Shown piece by piece: positions 18,301-25,833 of a stretch of DNA of 60,567 nucleotides. Positions within the stretch are counted from its first letter, which is position 1; each line of letters opens with the position of its first letter. Below the pieces are notes generated by a model, which was not told the origin of the DNA, did not search any database, and saw only the letters and a list, made by a program, of their open reading frames with translations. Source of the DNA: Minisyncoccota bacterium. Lineage in GTDB: Bacteria > Patescibacteriota > Minisyncoccia > Phycocordibacterales > CAIZLB01. Location of the stretch: positions 447-61,013 of the forward strand of contig DALYDD010000004.1 of assembly GCA_031973395.1 (NCBI GenBank), written 5' to 3'. Both the position numbers and the translations under genes were made by a program.

Positions 18301-18775
18301 TTGGTCTTGGACTTGTCGTGGTCCTTGGCAAAATAATACAGAGAGCTGTGTTGCATCTTGTACCCCTGGAACTTCTTATGACGCCTTGACTGGTTCATGT
18401 AGCAGTGCACCTCAAGACTGGTGTGTAAATATTCCAGGACTTCAAAGCGATCCAGCACCTTATACTATCGTTGACGGTAACTGTGTCTTTAATGCGGCTC
18501 AGATTGAATATTTCAGATTTAATCCAGATATTGCCAGCAGTCAATGTCCCGCTTACTGGGACACGACACTTGGCGAAGGTCTCACCATGTCTTGTATGAT
18601 TGGAAATACAAATGTAGCAAATGAACACTTGGCAGGAACTGGAGCAAATCAATTGTTTGCATCAGGCAAAACACATACGCTTTCATGCAATGTCTATGAC
18701 ACAGAAAGTACATTGGTTGCAGTCCTTAACTCGCGTGCAAAGTGTAATCGATTGGGCGATGTGATCGAGAGATAG
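15386..18775 (+). CDS. large surface protein (signal peptide, internal TM pair, PKD-like and Cys-rich C-terminal region)
   Basis: 1129 aa. N-terminal signal. TM segments near residues 425-470. DWDNDGFADV...HTFKVKASDACG is PKD-like. The tail is Cys-rich. Confidence 0.7.
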   Translation: MAHHLKKSFAALTLALFVLIPTQNIFAQTTQTPPLQDSPRTRYDLMSCPNARAGTVNVRISSSVITAITGTKAEFQSEIYNANNYPLTKVSVLVRIIKVDNNPSFNLEGADIIDEFIAVKDVNIQGRSTVKSAFSWQVPLFAESGKYVALPFIISEQQANMVVGHIFDQPNGTGFSFPIVGQKTSMRFEPLASEINGTSYKPTPQLKKINKFEDASITTTLSNPTAKEMNVPVVWKLYAWNSSGQQNLIEEKTEVVHIDAKSKVKVKYTASNYEHPLYEVVAEAKYKDTKSIIKVEFARLGIDEVDINYLAVDKFPLKAGQETNVFSCLRYFENVSNSPDSKTVITVQDRKGNIIFTKEQVGTLSKDLLYGKNSFIPEKDYDYFTVKLNVFQDNKLIADQSIVYDCKNISEGSCKQGAGDSYRNIIAISILGLCALILIGILLRKRFAKVAIFFFVFAMSMGTYAVVDARSVSGYVSDKVRVELLVPYNDGIPFQYWPCIGAHYTVKVTREDNPNAEFDDISMFGTPPDPAISVGERIKVEFLPDDGQTWWDEGKRITLSMGNSGPNLCLDQYGFPTTGPYLGSWVAGAGYPPGWYDSMTEVYPTHYVGTVMDLPVGPGNPWGWDEYHNFFLTMPFTAEPPSWTLHNITGMTCDPLDPATKSTYCTMTTPGIATISLKLGQTLGRFYFTYQEDLGGGYSPIFPSTPAVFQLVPGDGSMTGGNVVIPEVWAHYDIDVGDTCPGNAAPSLPQISGPTTGLIEQSNDFSFVSTDANNDGVKYLIDWDNDGFADVTVPASGWESQGVSVTASKAWAGVGPHTFKVKASDACGSSAWAEYTITLSEGATALSCSASPNPASLNSTVNWAGIVSPSDTTTYTSWAWTGDITGNSQNVSTTYSSPGTKNGHLVGTHADGTKTADCSVNVSTCTPKSPGCPTSCGAAAGVGTVSEGGGLTTGSALCADGATYTSGSLNPAWSWTCRGPWQNNTESCVASCTPGTSYDALTGSCSSAPQDWCVNIPGLQSDPAPYTIVDGNCVFNAAQIEYFRFNPDIASSQCPAYWDTTLGEGLTMSCMIGNTNVANEHLAGTGANQLFASGKTHTLSCNVYDTESTLVAVLNSRAKCNRLGDVIER

Positions 18776-18858
18776 TTTAGAGGTATACGAAAAGAAAGGT
18801 TTAAATAAGGGGCTCGGTCACGAATCACTAAGTCTTTTTCTTCGCTACACTTGAAAAA

Positions 18859-19054
18859 GCCCAAGTGTTCGCTGTCCTTACAGGACCAGTACACCTTTTG
18901 GATCTTTTATTTCACTTCGTTCATAAAAGCTCTCAAAAGGTTTTACGCTTTGAGTGAAACTCAAGGCTCACCCGGCTCGCCTGTCGCAAAGCGACATGAC
19001 TCCGCCTTTCTCGCCCGGACGCAAGCCAAGCAGTTGGCTTGCTCCACTCGGCAC
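18859..19054 (-). ncRNA. tRNA-trailer structured RNA module, copy B (expanded/divergent)
   Basis: The minus strand carries H1 GCAAGCCAA-CTGC-TTGGCTTGC, P3 CCTTTTG/CAAAAGG plus CTTTTAT/ATAAAAG (compensatory relative to copies A and C), TGTACT-GGTCC-TGTAA-GGAC, and a closing GCCGAG/CTTGG(G)C followed by TTTTT. Confidence 0.55.
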
Positions 19055-19100
19055 AAAATACAAAAGCACCCAGATGGGTGCTTTTGTATTTTGTGCCGAG
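19047..19100 (-). terminator. terminator hairpin sequestering the tRNA-Phe 3' end
   Basis: Perfect 25-bp stem CTCGGCACAAAATACAAAAGCACCC / GGGTGCTTTTGTATTTTGTGCCGAG with loop ATCT. The inner GCACCC/GGGTGC stem is followed by a T-run. Confidence 0.7.
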
Positions 19101-19166
19101 GGCCGGGCTCGAACCGGCGACCCCATCCTCTTCAGGGATATGCTCTACCAACTGAGCTACCTCGGC
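19094..19166 (-). tRNA. tRNA-Phe(GAA): tRNA-Phe (anticodon GAA)
   Basis: GCCGAGGTAGCTCAGTTGGTAGAGC...CTGAAGA...GCCGGTTCGAGCCCGGCCCTCGGCA forms a canonical 73-nt cloverleaf. Confidence 0.92.
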
Positions 19167-19305
19167 AAGCGAAGGTTTGTGAGAAAGTTTACTTTCTCAC
19201 AATACCTGAGCGCCGCCGAGGGAAGCTACTGCTTACCTTGGCAGACTCGGGTTAAGTACCTACTCGAATTTTATATTTTGTATTCGGATTTATCTTTCCT
19301 GAAAC

Positions 19306-19584
19306 CTAAAACTGTTTGAAGAGATCAGTTATACCGTTTCCTTGCGTACCAGAATTTCCACCACCCAAGAGTTTTGAGTATGAATCAACGACTGTATCGA
19401 GAAACGGCTGGATGAAGTAAAAGGCACCGATAGAGATACCGATGATAACCACCCATTTAACCACGTTCACAACCATATTAATTCGCGCTCTTCGGTAGAT
19501 ACCTTGGAGCATACGGCTGTTTTCCTGGGCTAGGGTTTTTAGCTCAGCAATCTCATTTTTCAAACCTTGGATTTCCGAATCCAT
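19306..19584 (-). CDS. small membrane protein with N-terminal coiled coil
   Basis: 92 aa. Heptad-like N-terminus, one TM segment (VVKWVVIIGISIGAFYFI), and a Gly-rich tail. Confidence 0.5.
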   Translation of the reverse strand: MDSEIQGLKNEIAELKTLAQENSRMLQGIYRRARINMVVNVVKWVVIIGISIGAFYFIQPFLDTVVDSYSKLLGGGNSGTQGNGITDLFKQF

Positions 19585-19640
19585 GGCCTAGATACTAGCA
19601 TATAAAGCCTTTTGACTCAATCCTCTAAGAAAATAAATGG

Positions 19641-19669
19641 CAAAAATAAAAGCGACCAGTTCCGATCGC
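19641..19669 (-). terminator. intrinsic terminator of the hsp20 gene
   Basis: The minus strand forms GCGAUC-GGAACU-GGUCGC followed by UUUUAUUUUUG. The G-U pair makes it strand-specific. Confidence 0.55.
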
Positions 19670-19698
19670 CTTTATGTTTACTGAGAGTCGGGGGGAGT

Positions 19699-20205
19699 CT
19701 ACAAAGACTTAATCTTGAGCTTCGTCTGTCGCCCCTTATCAATTCGAGGCAAGGTGAGGGTGAGCATGCCATCTCGCTCGATAGCTTCAGACTGCTCAAT
19801 GTCTACTTCATGTGGTAATTCGACGGTTCTTGAGAAAGAACCCCAATATAATTCACGGTGGAAATAGTTTTCATCTGCAATGCGGTGTTCTTCCATTCTT
19901 TTGCCTCGCAATGTCAAAGTGTCTCGAGATAGGGCAATATCAAGGTCCTCCTTTTTTACACCAGGGATCATGGTTCGAATAATAATAGAATCGGGAGTTT
20001 GATACATATCTATAGAAAGCTCTCCTTCATCTCCCTGTTCGTCTGCCCATGTTGAGCCAGCTGTTCCAAAGACGCCTCGGTTTTTTATCTGACCGCGTTC
20101 ATTGTCGTTCTCTTCAGTGTCTTCTTCGTATTCAACCAATTCTTCTTCATCGTATCCTCGGCCGGTGATCTTATCCAAAAATGAGCGCTTCTTTTTTAGG
20201 TTCAT
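19699..20205 (-). CDS. Hsp20/alpha-crystallin small heat-shock protein
   Basis: Alpha-crystallin domain: ELSIDMYQTPDSIIIRTMIPGVKKEDLDIALSRDTLTLRG...FSRTVELP..V......A....GMLTLTLPR. Confidence 0.85.
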   Translation of the reverse strand: MNLKKKRSFLDKITGRGYDEEELVEYEEDTEENDNERGQIKNRGVFGTAGSTWADEQGDEGELSIDMYQTPDSIIIRTMIPGVKKEDLDIALSRDTLTLRGKRMEEHRIADENYFHRELYWGSFSRTVELPHEVDIEQSEAIERDGMLTLTLPRIDKGRQTKLKIKSL

Positions 20206-20222
20206 AAATTGCAGATTAGTTT

Positions 20223-20957
20223 TTAGAATTTCTTTATAGTTTTTACGCGTTCGAGAGCCAGGATGAGAAGAACTGTAGTAATCCAGACAAATGAGAATAT
20301 CAGAAATGTGCTCCCTTCGGTTGTAATAATTATAAAGTAGTTAAAGAGGGTGTGCAATACAGTTGCGGCGAGTAATCCGAGAATCCAATAAATCCCTTTT
20401 ATCCATTTTGATTTATAATACGCATGTGCGATGAATACCGCGAGTGAACCAGAGGCCACGACATGCAATAAACTCGCGCCAAGGAATCGTAAATTGCCTG
20501 TCATAATAGATCCCATTGTGTCGCCTTGGAGTAGTGGGGCTAATAAGTAGAAGGTGTTTTCCATTGCGACGAATCCAAGTGCTGCGGTCATTAAATAAAT
20601 AAAAGCATCAATTGGTTCATTGAAATAGTTTTTGAATCTAAGGACACAGAAATACGCAACCGCGAACTTGAATGTCTCTTCTAAAAACGCCCATAATCCC
20701 AGTGTGCCAAAACTATCAGGTGTTAGGCCGAATACAGAGGGGAGAAATTTTTGGAAAGGATATACGAGGAAGACGGCGCACATTCCAACGATGAATGTGA
20801 GTGAGATGATCCCTTTCGGTTCATCATGCTGATAGTTTTCATGCATCCAGAACCACATCCAGAGCAAGGAGGGCAAGACGCCGCCAATTAAAGCGTAGAC
20901 GAACATTTCGACTACGAAGAAAGGAGATTTTGAAAGTCCTAAGAGTGATGCGGCCAT
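20223..20957 (-). CDS. PrsW-family intramembrane protease
   Basis: Polytopic. EETFK (EExxK), MENTFY, and HxxxN (HTLFN) motifs. Confidence 0.65.
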   Translation of the reverse strand: MAASLLGLSKSPFFVVEMFVYALIGGVLPSLLWMWFWMHENYQHDEPKGIISLTFIVGMCAVFLVYPFQKFLPSVFGLTPDSFGTLGLWAFLEETFKFAVAYFCVLRFKNYFNEPIDAFIYLMTAALGFVAMENTFYLLAPLLQGDTMGSIMTGNLRFLGASLLHVVASGSLAVFIAHAYYKSKWIKGIYWILGLLAATVLHTLFNYFIIITTEGSTFLIFSFVWITTVLLILALERVKTIKKF

Positions 20958-23284
20958 CTTTCAATAGCTATCATACCATGGCGGCTTTCATCTCGCATTG
21001 CTTTTGGAAGCAATGACCAGATTTCTTGAGTGATATGAGGCATGAATGGATGTGTGGTAAGCAAAATTTCGCGCAAAATATGCAAAAGAGTTTGTGCGCG
21101 AGAAATCGCAGCTTGTTTTTTGAGCAGAACATCTGCAGGATCCATTTGGTCAGCTTCAATTATTTTTTCCGCTTCAGTTTCTACGCCGTCTATCGCATTT
21201 GCAAAACCGGGTTTCAGGATTGGTTTACTTTCCTCGAGGATTTTGTCTGCTAAAGTGTGCCAGATATAGTGATAGAGCTCTTCTGATGCTAGGTGAATAC
21301 GATATTCGTCGAGATGTCCGGAAATACTTGCGAGCGTATCGTGCCATTCTTTGAGGACGGCTTGATCCTGCTCTGTTGGTCCGTCGGTTGCCACGAGATA
21401 ATCAGTAAGGAAGAAATTCCTATCAAACTGTACATCTTTTGCATCAGGATTTTCATCAATAGCAGAAAGAATAAATCGGGTAATATTCCAGATCTTATTT
21501 CCGAAATGTTTATAGCCTTTAATTTTGGGTTCAGAAAGGGCGAGGTCGCTTCCAGGAGTGTTTCCTGCAATTAATCCCATTCGCAAGGCGTCCGCGCCGT
21601 ATTTTGCAACCATGTCGACGGGGCTCACTACATTACCCTTTGATTTAGACATTTTCTGGCCCTTTGAATCATTCACCATTCCATGGAGATAAACTGTTTT
21701 GAAAGGAATTTCTTTTTTCAAATAAAGACCAAAAATTACCATACGTGGAATCCACTTGAAAATAAGATCGCGTCCACTTTCCATAACTGTTGTTGGGTGA
21801 TATGTAGCAACATCTGTATTTTCTTTATTGTGCTGATATCCCAAAGCAAGCAAGGTCCATTGTCCTGATGAGAACCAGGTATCAAATGTATCTGTCTCTT
21901 CTACTAATTCTGTATTGTCGGTTGGGCAATGAGTGAGAGAGTCGCTGTCGAGAAAGCCTGCATTGCAGAGAGGGCAAATTTTTGCTGGAATTTTAATACC
22001 CCAAACAATCTGGCGAGAAATATTCCAGTCGATGGTATTCGTCATCCAATAAGCAAAAATCTTTTCATAATTATCCGGAACAAAAGTGATTTGCTTCGAT
22101 TCGACTGCTTCGAGTGCAAGCTTTGCCAGAGGTGCCATTTTTACAAACCACTGGTCCTTTATTTGAGGCTCAATCTGTTTGCCACACTTATAACAGCAAT
22201 TTACATTGTGGACGTATTCTTCATCGGTTTTTACAAGAAGCCCTTTTTCCTTTAATTTCTCTACAATCAATGGGCGCGCCTTATTGATATGGAGACCAGC
22301 AAGGTCGCCAGCAATTGGTAGGAGTTTTCCCTTGAAATCAATAACTTGCTCCATGTCCAAGTTATGTCGCTTTGCAATTTCAAAGTCCACTGCATCGTGC
22401 CAAGGGGTGATGGTCATTACGCCTGTCCCGAATTCCATATCCACCGCTTCGTCTTTGATGATTGTTGCTTTGATAGGTCCATTGATCCACTCTAAATCGA
22501 TTTGTTCGCCATGCTTGTACTTAGCATATCGCTCATCATTAGGGTGCATTACTACGTATTTATCACCGAATTTTGTCTCAGGGCGAGAAGTTGCGATGAC
22601 AAATGGTCCATATTGGAAATAGTAAAAAGGTTCTTTCTTTTCTTTGAATTCCGTTTCTACATCCGAGAGGGAAGTCTGATGTTCTGCGCACCAGTTGATG
22701 ATTCGCTTGCCTCTGTAGACTAAATCGTCAGCGAACATTCTTCGAAATGTTTCCTGAACTTCTGTGATGACTTCAGGGTCGAGTGTGAATTTTTCTCGAG
22801 ACCAGTCACAAGAAGTTCCAAGCATTCGAACGTCGGCCTCCATGTGCTTTTTATTTTCAATGGTGAAATCATAGATGCCTTTGTACAATTCTTCACGCGA
22901 AAGATCGAATCGTGTCTTGCCCTCTTTTTCTAATTTCTTTTCATATACAATCTGTGTCTCAAAACCGGCATGGTCGGCACCAGGAACATAAAGTGCGCGC
23001 TTACCTTGCATGCGTGCATAACGAGTAAAAATATCCTCGAGAGCCATAGTCAAAGCATGGCCCACATGAAGGCGGCCATTGGCATTTGGCGGCGGCATAA
23101 TAATACAGAACGGTTCTGCGTTAGCATCGATATATCCTTTTTCAATCAAAACATCGGGATTATAAATAGAGGTCTCGGGTGTAGCGAGTTCGAGGGCTTG
23201 GATCCGGGGCTCGGTCTCAATTGGATCATAAGGCTTGAGAAGCTTTTCGGGGATATTGGGTTGCGAAGGCATAGTAGCGCTCAT
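20939..23284 (-). CDS. valS: valine--tRNA ligase
   Basis: PPPNANGRLHVGHAL (HIGH), DWNISRQIVWGIKIP, DTWFSSGQW, KMSKSKGN. Confidence 0.92.
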   Translation of the reverse strand: MSATMPSQPNIPEKLLKPYDPIETEPRIQALELATPETSIYNPDVLIEKGYIDANAEPFCIIMPPPNANGRLHVGHALTMALEDIFTRYARMQGKRALYVPGADHAGFETQIVYEKKLEKEGKTRFDLSREELYKGIYDFTIENKKHMEADVRMLGTSCDWSREKFTLDPEVITEVQETFRRMFADDLVYRGKRIINWCAEHQTSLSDVETEFKEKKEPFYYFQYGPFVIATSRPETKFGDKYVVMHPNDERYAKYKHGEQIDLEWINGPIKATIIKDEAVDMEFGTGVMTITPWHDAVDFEIAKRHNLDMEQVIDFKGKLLPIAGDLAGLHINKARPLIVEKLKEKGLLVKTDEEYVHNVNCCYKCGKQIEPQIKDQWFVKMAPLAKLALEAVESKQITFVPDNYEKIFAYWMTNTIDWNISRQIVWGIKIPAKICPLCNAGFLDSDSLTHCPTDNTELVEETDTFDTWFSSGQWTLLALGYQHNKENTDVATYHPTTVMESGRDLIFKWIPRMVIFGLYLKKEIPFKTVYLHGMVNDSKGQKMSKSKGNVVSPVDMVAKYGADALRMGLIAGNTPGSDLALSEPKIKGYKHFGNKIWNITRFILSAIDENPDAKDVQFDRNFFLTDYLVATDGPTEQDQAVLKEWHDTLASISGHLDEYRIHLASEELYHYIWHTLADKILEESKPILKPGFANAIDGVETEAEKIIEADQMDPADVLLKKQAAISRAQTLLHILREILLTTHPFMPHITQEIWSLLPKAMRDESRHGMIAIERWPHHS

Positions 23285-23369
23285 AATATCAGTTTTTTCG
23301 GCTTTTTTAAAGCTCTTCTGGAGCTCTGTTTTTTTCAGATATTTCTGTATAATTCATTGTATTAAAGAA

Positions 23370-23696
23370 ATGTCAGAGATTTCGAAAAAGCTTTCTAAAA
23401 AAACTATTCTCATAATTGTCGCTGTAATAGCAGTGGTCGCTATTATCATTTCAGCGCATTTACTATTCACAAAAAATGAAGAAGTTGCTTTCTCGATAGG
23501 AACAGAAGGTGGTGTGCAAAAAGAAAACCAGGCTGTTGTGAAAGTGGTCGAGGGAATCTCTACAATGATCAAGGGAGAATTTTCAGAAAGAGCGAAAATT
23601 ATTGCAAAAGAAAAAGATCAGGAGAAAGTTATTGACTCAGACAAATCGGTAATAGAAGAATTTAATTTTATTTTTGATGAAGAGCCAAAACAATAA
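23370..23696 (+). CDS. membrane-anchored hypothetical protein
   Basis: ATG at 23370 followed by a TM segment (ILIIVAVIAVVAIIISAHLLF). The upstream part of the ORF overlaps the valS start region. Confidence 0.5.
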   Translation: MSEISKKLSKKTILIIVAVIAVVAIIISAHLLFTKNEEVAFSIGTEGGVQKENQAVVKVVEGISTMIKGEFSERAKIIAKEKDQEKVIDSDKSVIEEFNFIFDEEPKQ

Positions 23697-23697
23697 T

Positions 23698-24453
23698 ATG
23701 AAATTCTCTCTGAAAAGAAATATTAAAAAAATAGTGGCTGGCGGTATTGTCTTTTGTACAATCACGGGGTTTTGTTTGCCTCATTTTGCGGCAGCACATC
23801 CAAGTGATGAGCTCCTCCATAGCTACTGCACCAGGCTTCTGGTATTTGAGGTGCAAAATTCCAAGAAAGTCATAGATATTGAACAGGCTTATACTACGAA
23901 GGAACAGGCTCGATTTAAAGAGTTGGAAGCCATTCGGGCTCGCCAGGTTAAGCAACTCGAAGCCTTTAATGCCGGTATAAGTAAAAAAGTTGCTGATACA
24001 TTGAAAGAGGCAAGAGGGACCTCAAATGATGCCAATGAGATCGAAAAAATAACCCTGCTGGAATCAGAGGTTTCGGCTAGTCTAAAAAAACACGATCAGC
24101 AAATTAATGAAATTTTAAATATATATCGTTCTGGAATAAATGATGCGATGGTTGCCAGAAAAGCTTCTTTTATGACGGCGAAAGTGGCCTTTAAAAGCAA
24201 GGTGGCCGAGATTCTCAAGCAAAGCCAAGTCGATTGCAAAGCTCTCACAGATGTAAAAATTATTTTTAGCAATACTACTACCAGCCTGAAGGCAGCGCAC
24301 GAAGTTTTCAAGGGCAAGATTGCACGATTGGGTACACCGACTTCTCTTTTTCAAAAACTTACATCCACTCGTGATGCAGCAATAGCTAAAGCTGATGAAG
24401 AGCTTTTTGCAGAACTAGATAAAGCCGTTGCAGATTTTAAGGCCCGAGAATAA
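23698..24453 (+). CDS. secreted coiled-coil hypothetical protein
   Basis: Signal-like N-terminus (KKIVAGGIVFCTITGFCLPHFAAA), then a long helical, charged region. Confidence 0.5.
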   Translation: MKFSLKRNIKKIVAGGIVFCTITGFCLPHFAAAHPSDELLHSYCTRLLVFEVQNSKKVIDIEQAYTTKEQARFKELEAIRARQVKQLEAFNAGISKKVADTLKEARGTSNDANEIEKITLLESEVSASLKKHDQQINEILNIYRSGINDAMVARKASFMTAKVAFKSKVAEILKQSQVDCKALTDVKIIFSNTTTSLKAAHEVFKGKIARLGTPTSLFQKLTSTRDAAIAKADEELFAELDKAVADFKARE

Positions 24454-24465
24454 AATAAAACGAAT

Positions 24466-25302
24466 ATGAATATATTCAATAAGAATGGCTTGAAAAAAGT
24501 AGTGCTTACAGCGTGTTTCGGTATCATGTTTCTGACTGGGGGAGGAACTGTATATGCTCACGAGCTTTTACCAAAAGCTTTGGTGGAATATATGGAAAAG
24601 AATCCAAATGCTACGCCGGAGGAAATCCAAGCTTATGTTCGCGATAATGCACCTGAATTTGCCGAAAAATATAAAGATAAGGAGGCGGTGGTTAAAATTC
24701 TTCGAGGTCAGAATACTAATTTTCTGGATAATGCCTGGGATTTCTTGAAACTCGGCGTGCATCATATTTTGTCGGGCCTTGATCATATTCTCTTTGTCCT
24801 CTCACTGCTTCTCGTTTTCGTTTCCGCGAGAGAAATTCTCAAATTGACACTGACATTTACCGTCGCACATAGCATTACTTTGATTTTGGCGGGCGCGAGT
24901 ATTATTACACTGAGTCCTCGGATAACAGAGCCGATTATTGCCTTATCGATTGCATATGTGGCGATTACGACCGTCTATTTAGCCCAGAAAAAAATCAGGG
25001 GCAGGAATATATTTTCTAGCGAGAAGGCCAAAATGGCTACAGTCTTTTTCTTCGGACTATTCCATGGTTTGGGTTTTGCAGGATTATTGCAAGAAGTACA
25101 TGTCCCTCAAGGAAATTTTGTTTCCTCTCTGTTTTCTTTTAATATCGGAATTGAATTAGGGCAATTAATTATTGTGGCAATTGCTTTGCCGATTATCTTT
25201 TGGGCAAGAAAAAAGACTTGGCACCCTTTGATTATCAAAATAGTCGCAGCAATCATAGGATTGCTAGGAATTATCTGGGCGATTCAAAGAATTTTGGGAT
25301 AA
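24466..25302 (+). CDS. HupE/UreJ-family membrane protein (metal-transport associated)
   Basis: GVHHILSGLDHILFVLSLLL plus FFFGLFHGLGFAG motifs, with about 6 TM segments. Confidence 0.65.
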   Translation: MNIFNKNGLKKVVLTACFGIMFLTGGGTVYAHELLPKALVEYMEKNPNATPEEIQAYVRDNAPEFAEKYKDKEAVVKILRGQNTNFLDNAWDFLKLGVHHILSGLDHILFVLSLLLVFVSAREILKLTLTFTVAHSITLILAGASIITLSPRITEPIIALSIAYVAITTVYLAQKKIRGRNIFSSEKAKMATVFFFGLFHGLGFAGLLQEVHVPQGNFVSSLFSFNIGIELGQLIIVAIALPIIFWARKKTWHPLIIKIVAAIIGLLGIIWAIQRILG

Positions 25303-25833
25303 GGATTAAAGATTTCGGGCCACTCCAGGCTCTCTCGGGCCGAGATTTGTCACTTATTTTCGATATCTTTTACTTCCCGTACCGCTGCGTCAGTTCACGT
25401 TTGATTTCGTGCTCCGCTTTTTGGCGATTTCGTCCATCGAGTATTCCAATTGCCATGACACCGTAGCCAATCTCCTTGAGGTAAAGCGGTATAACAGGGA
25501 AGAGTATTTCGCTCGCAATATCTGTAAAAAACTAATCAGTTATAAGAGCGAAATATTCATAGTCAGGAAAGCTGGTCTTTTGATTCGGAAAATTTTAAAC
25601 CTAAAAATTGGTCAAGATAATAAAGTGGCTCATAGGGCTATATTTTTCAAATGTTAAGACTTGAAAGGTTTGCTGGGTCAGAGGGTGAATGTTCAAGAAA
25701 ATCAATACGAGGGTTGCTACTCCAAATATAGGGGGGCGGGGTTTTTCATTCATCTCTATAATAAGAGGGATTAAGCCCTGGGGCAAGAGTGTGGTATTTT
25801 CCACAAAAGTATAGGGTGTAGGGTGTATCGTAA

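Noticed and set aside
19170-19305. SRP (4.5S)-like sequence upstream of tRNA-Phe (GGGAAGC...CCTTGGCAGAC, CCGAG/CTCGG stem), plus a perfect 10-bp palindrome GTGAGAAAGT-TT-ACTTTCTCAC at 19179-19200.
   Set aside because: It lacks the invariant GNAR-capped helix 8 (..GGUCC-GGAA-GGAAGCAGC..) and end-to-end pairing. The resemblance is limited to short words. The palindrome has no U-run on either strand and its role is unknown.
20971-23365. Multiple 60-140-aa ORFs inside or antisense to valS, ftsZ, ftsA, the giant gene and other long genes.
   Set aside because: They are nested in well-supported genes and lack motifs, as is typical of frame-shadow ORFs.
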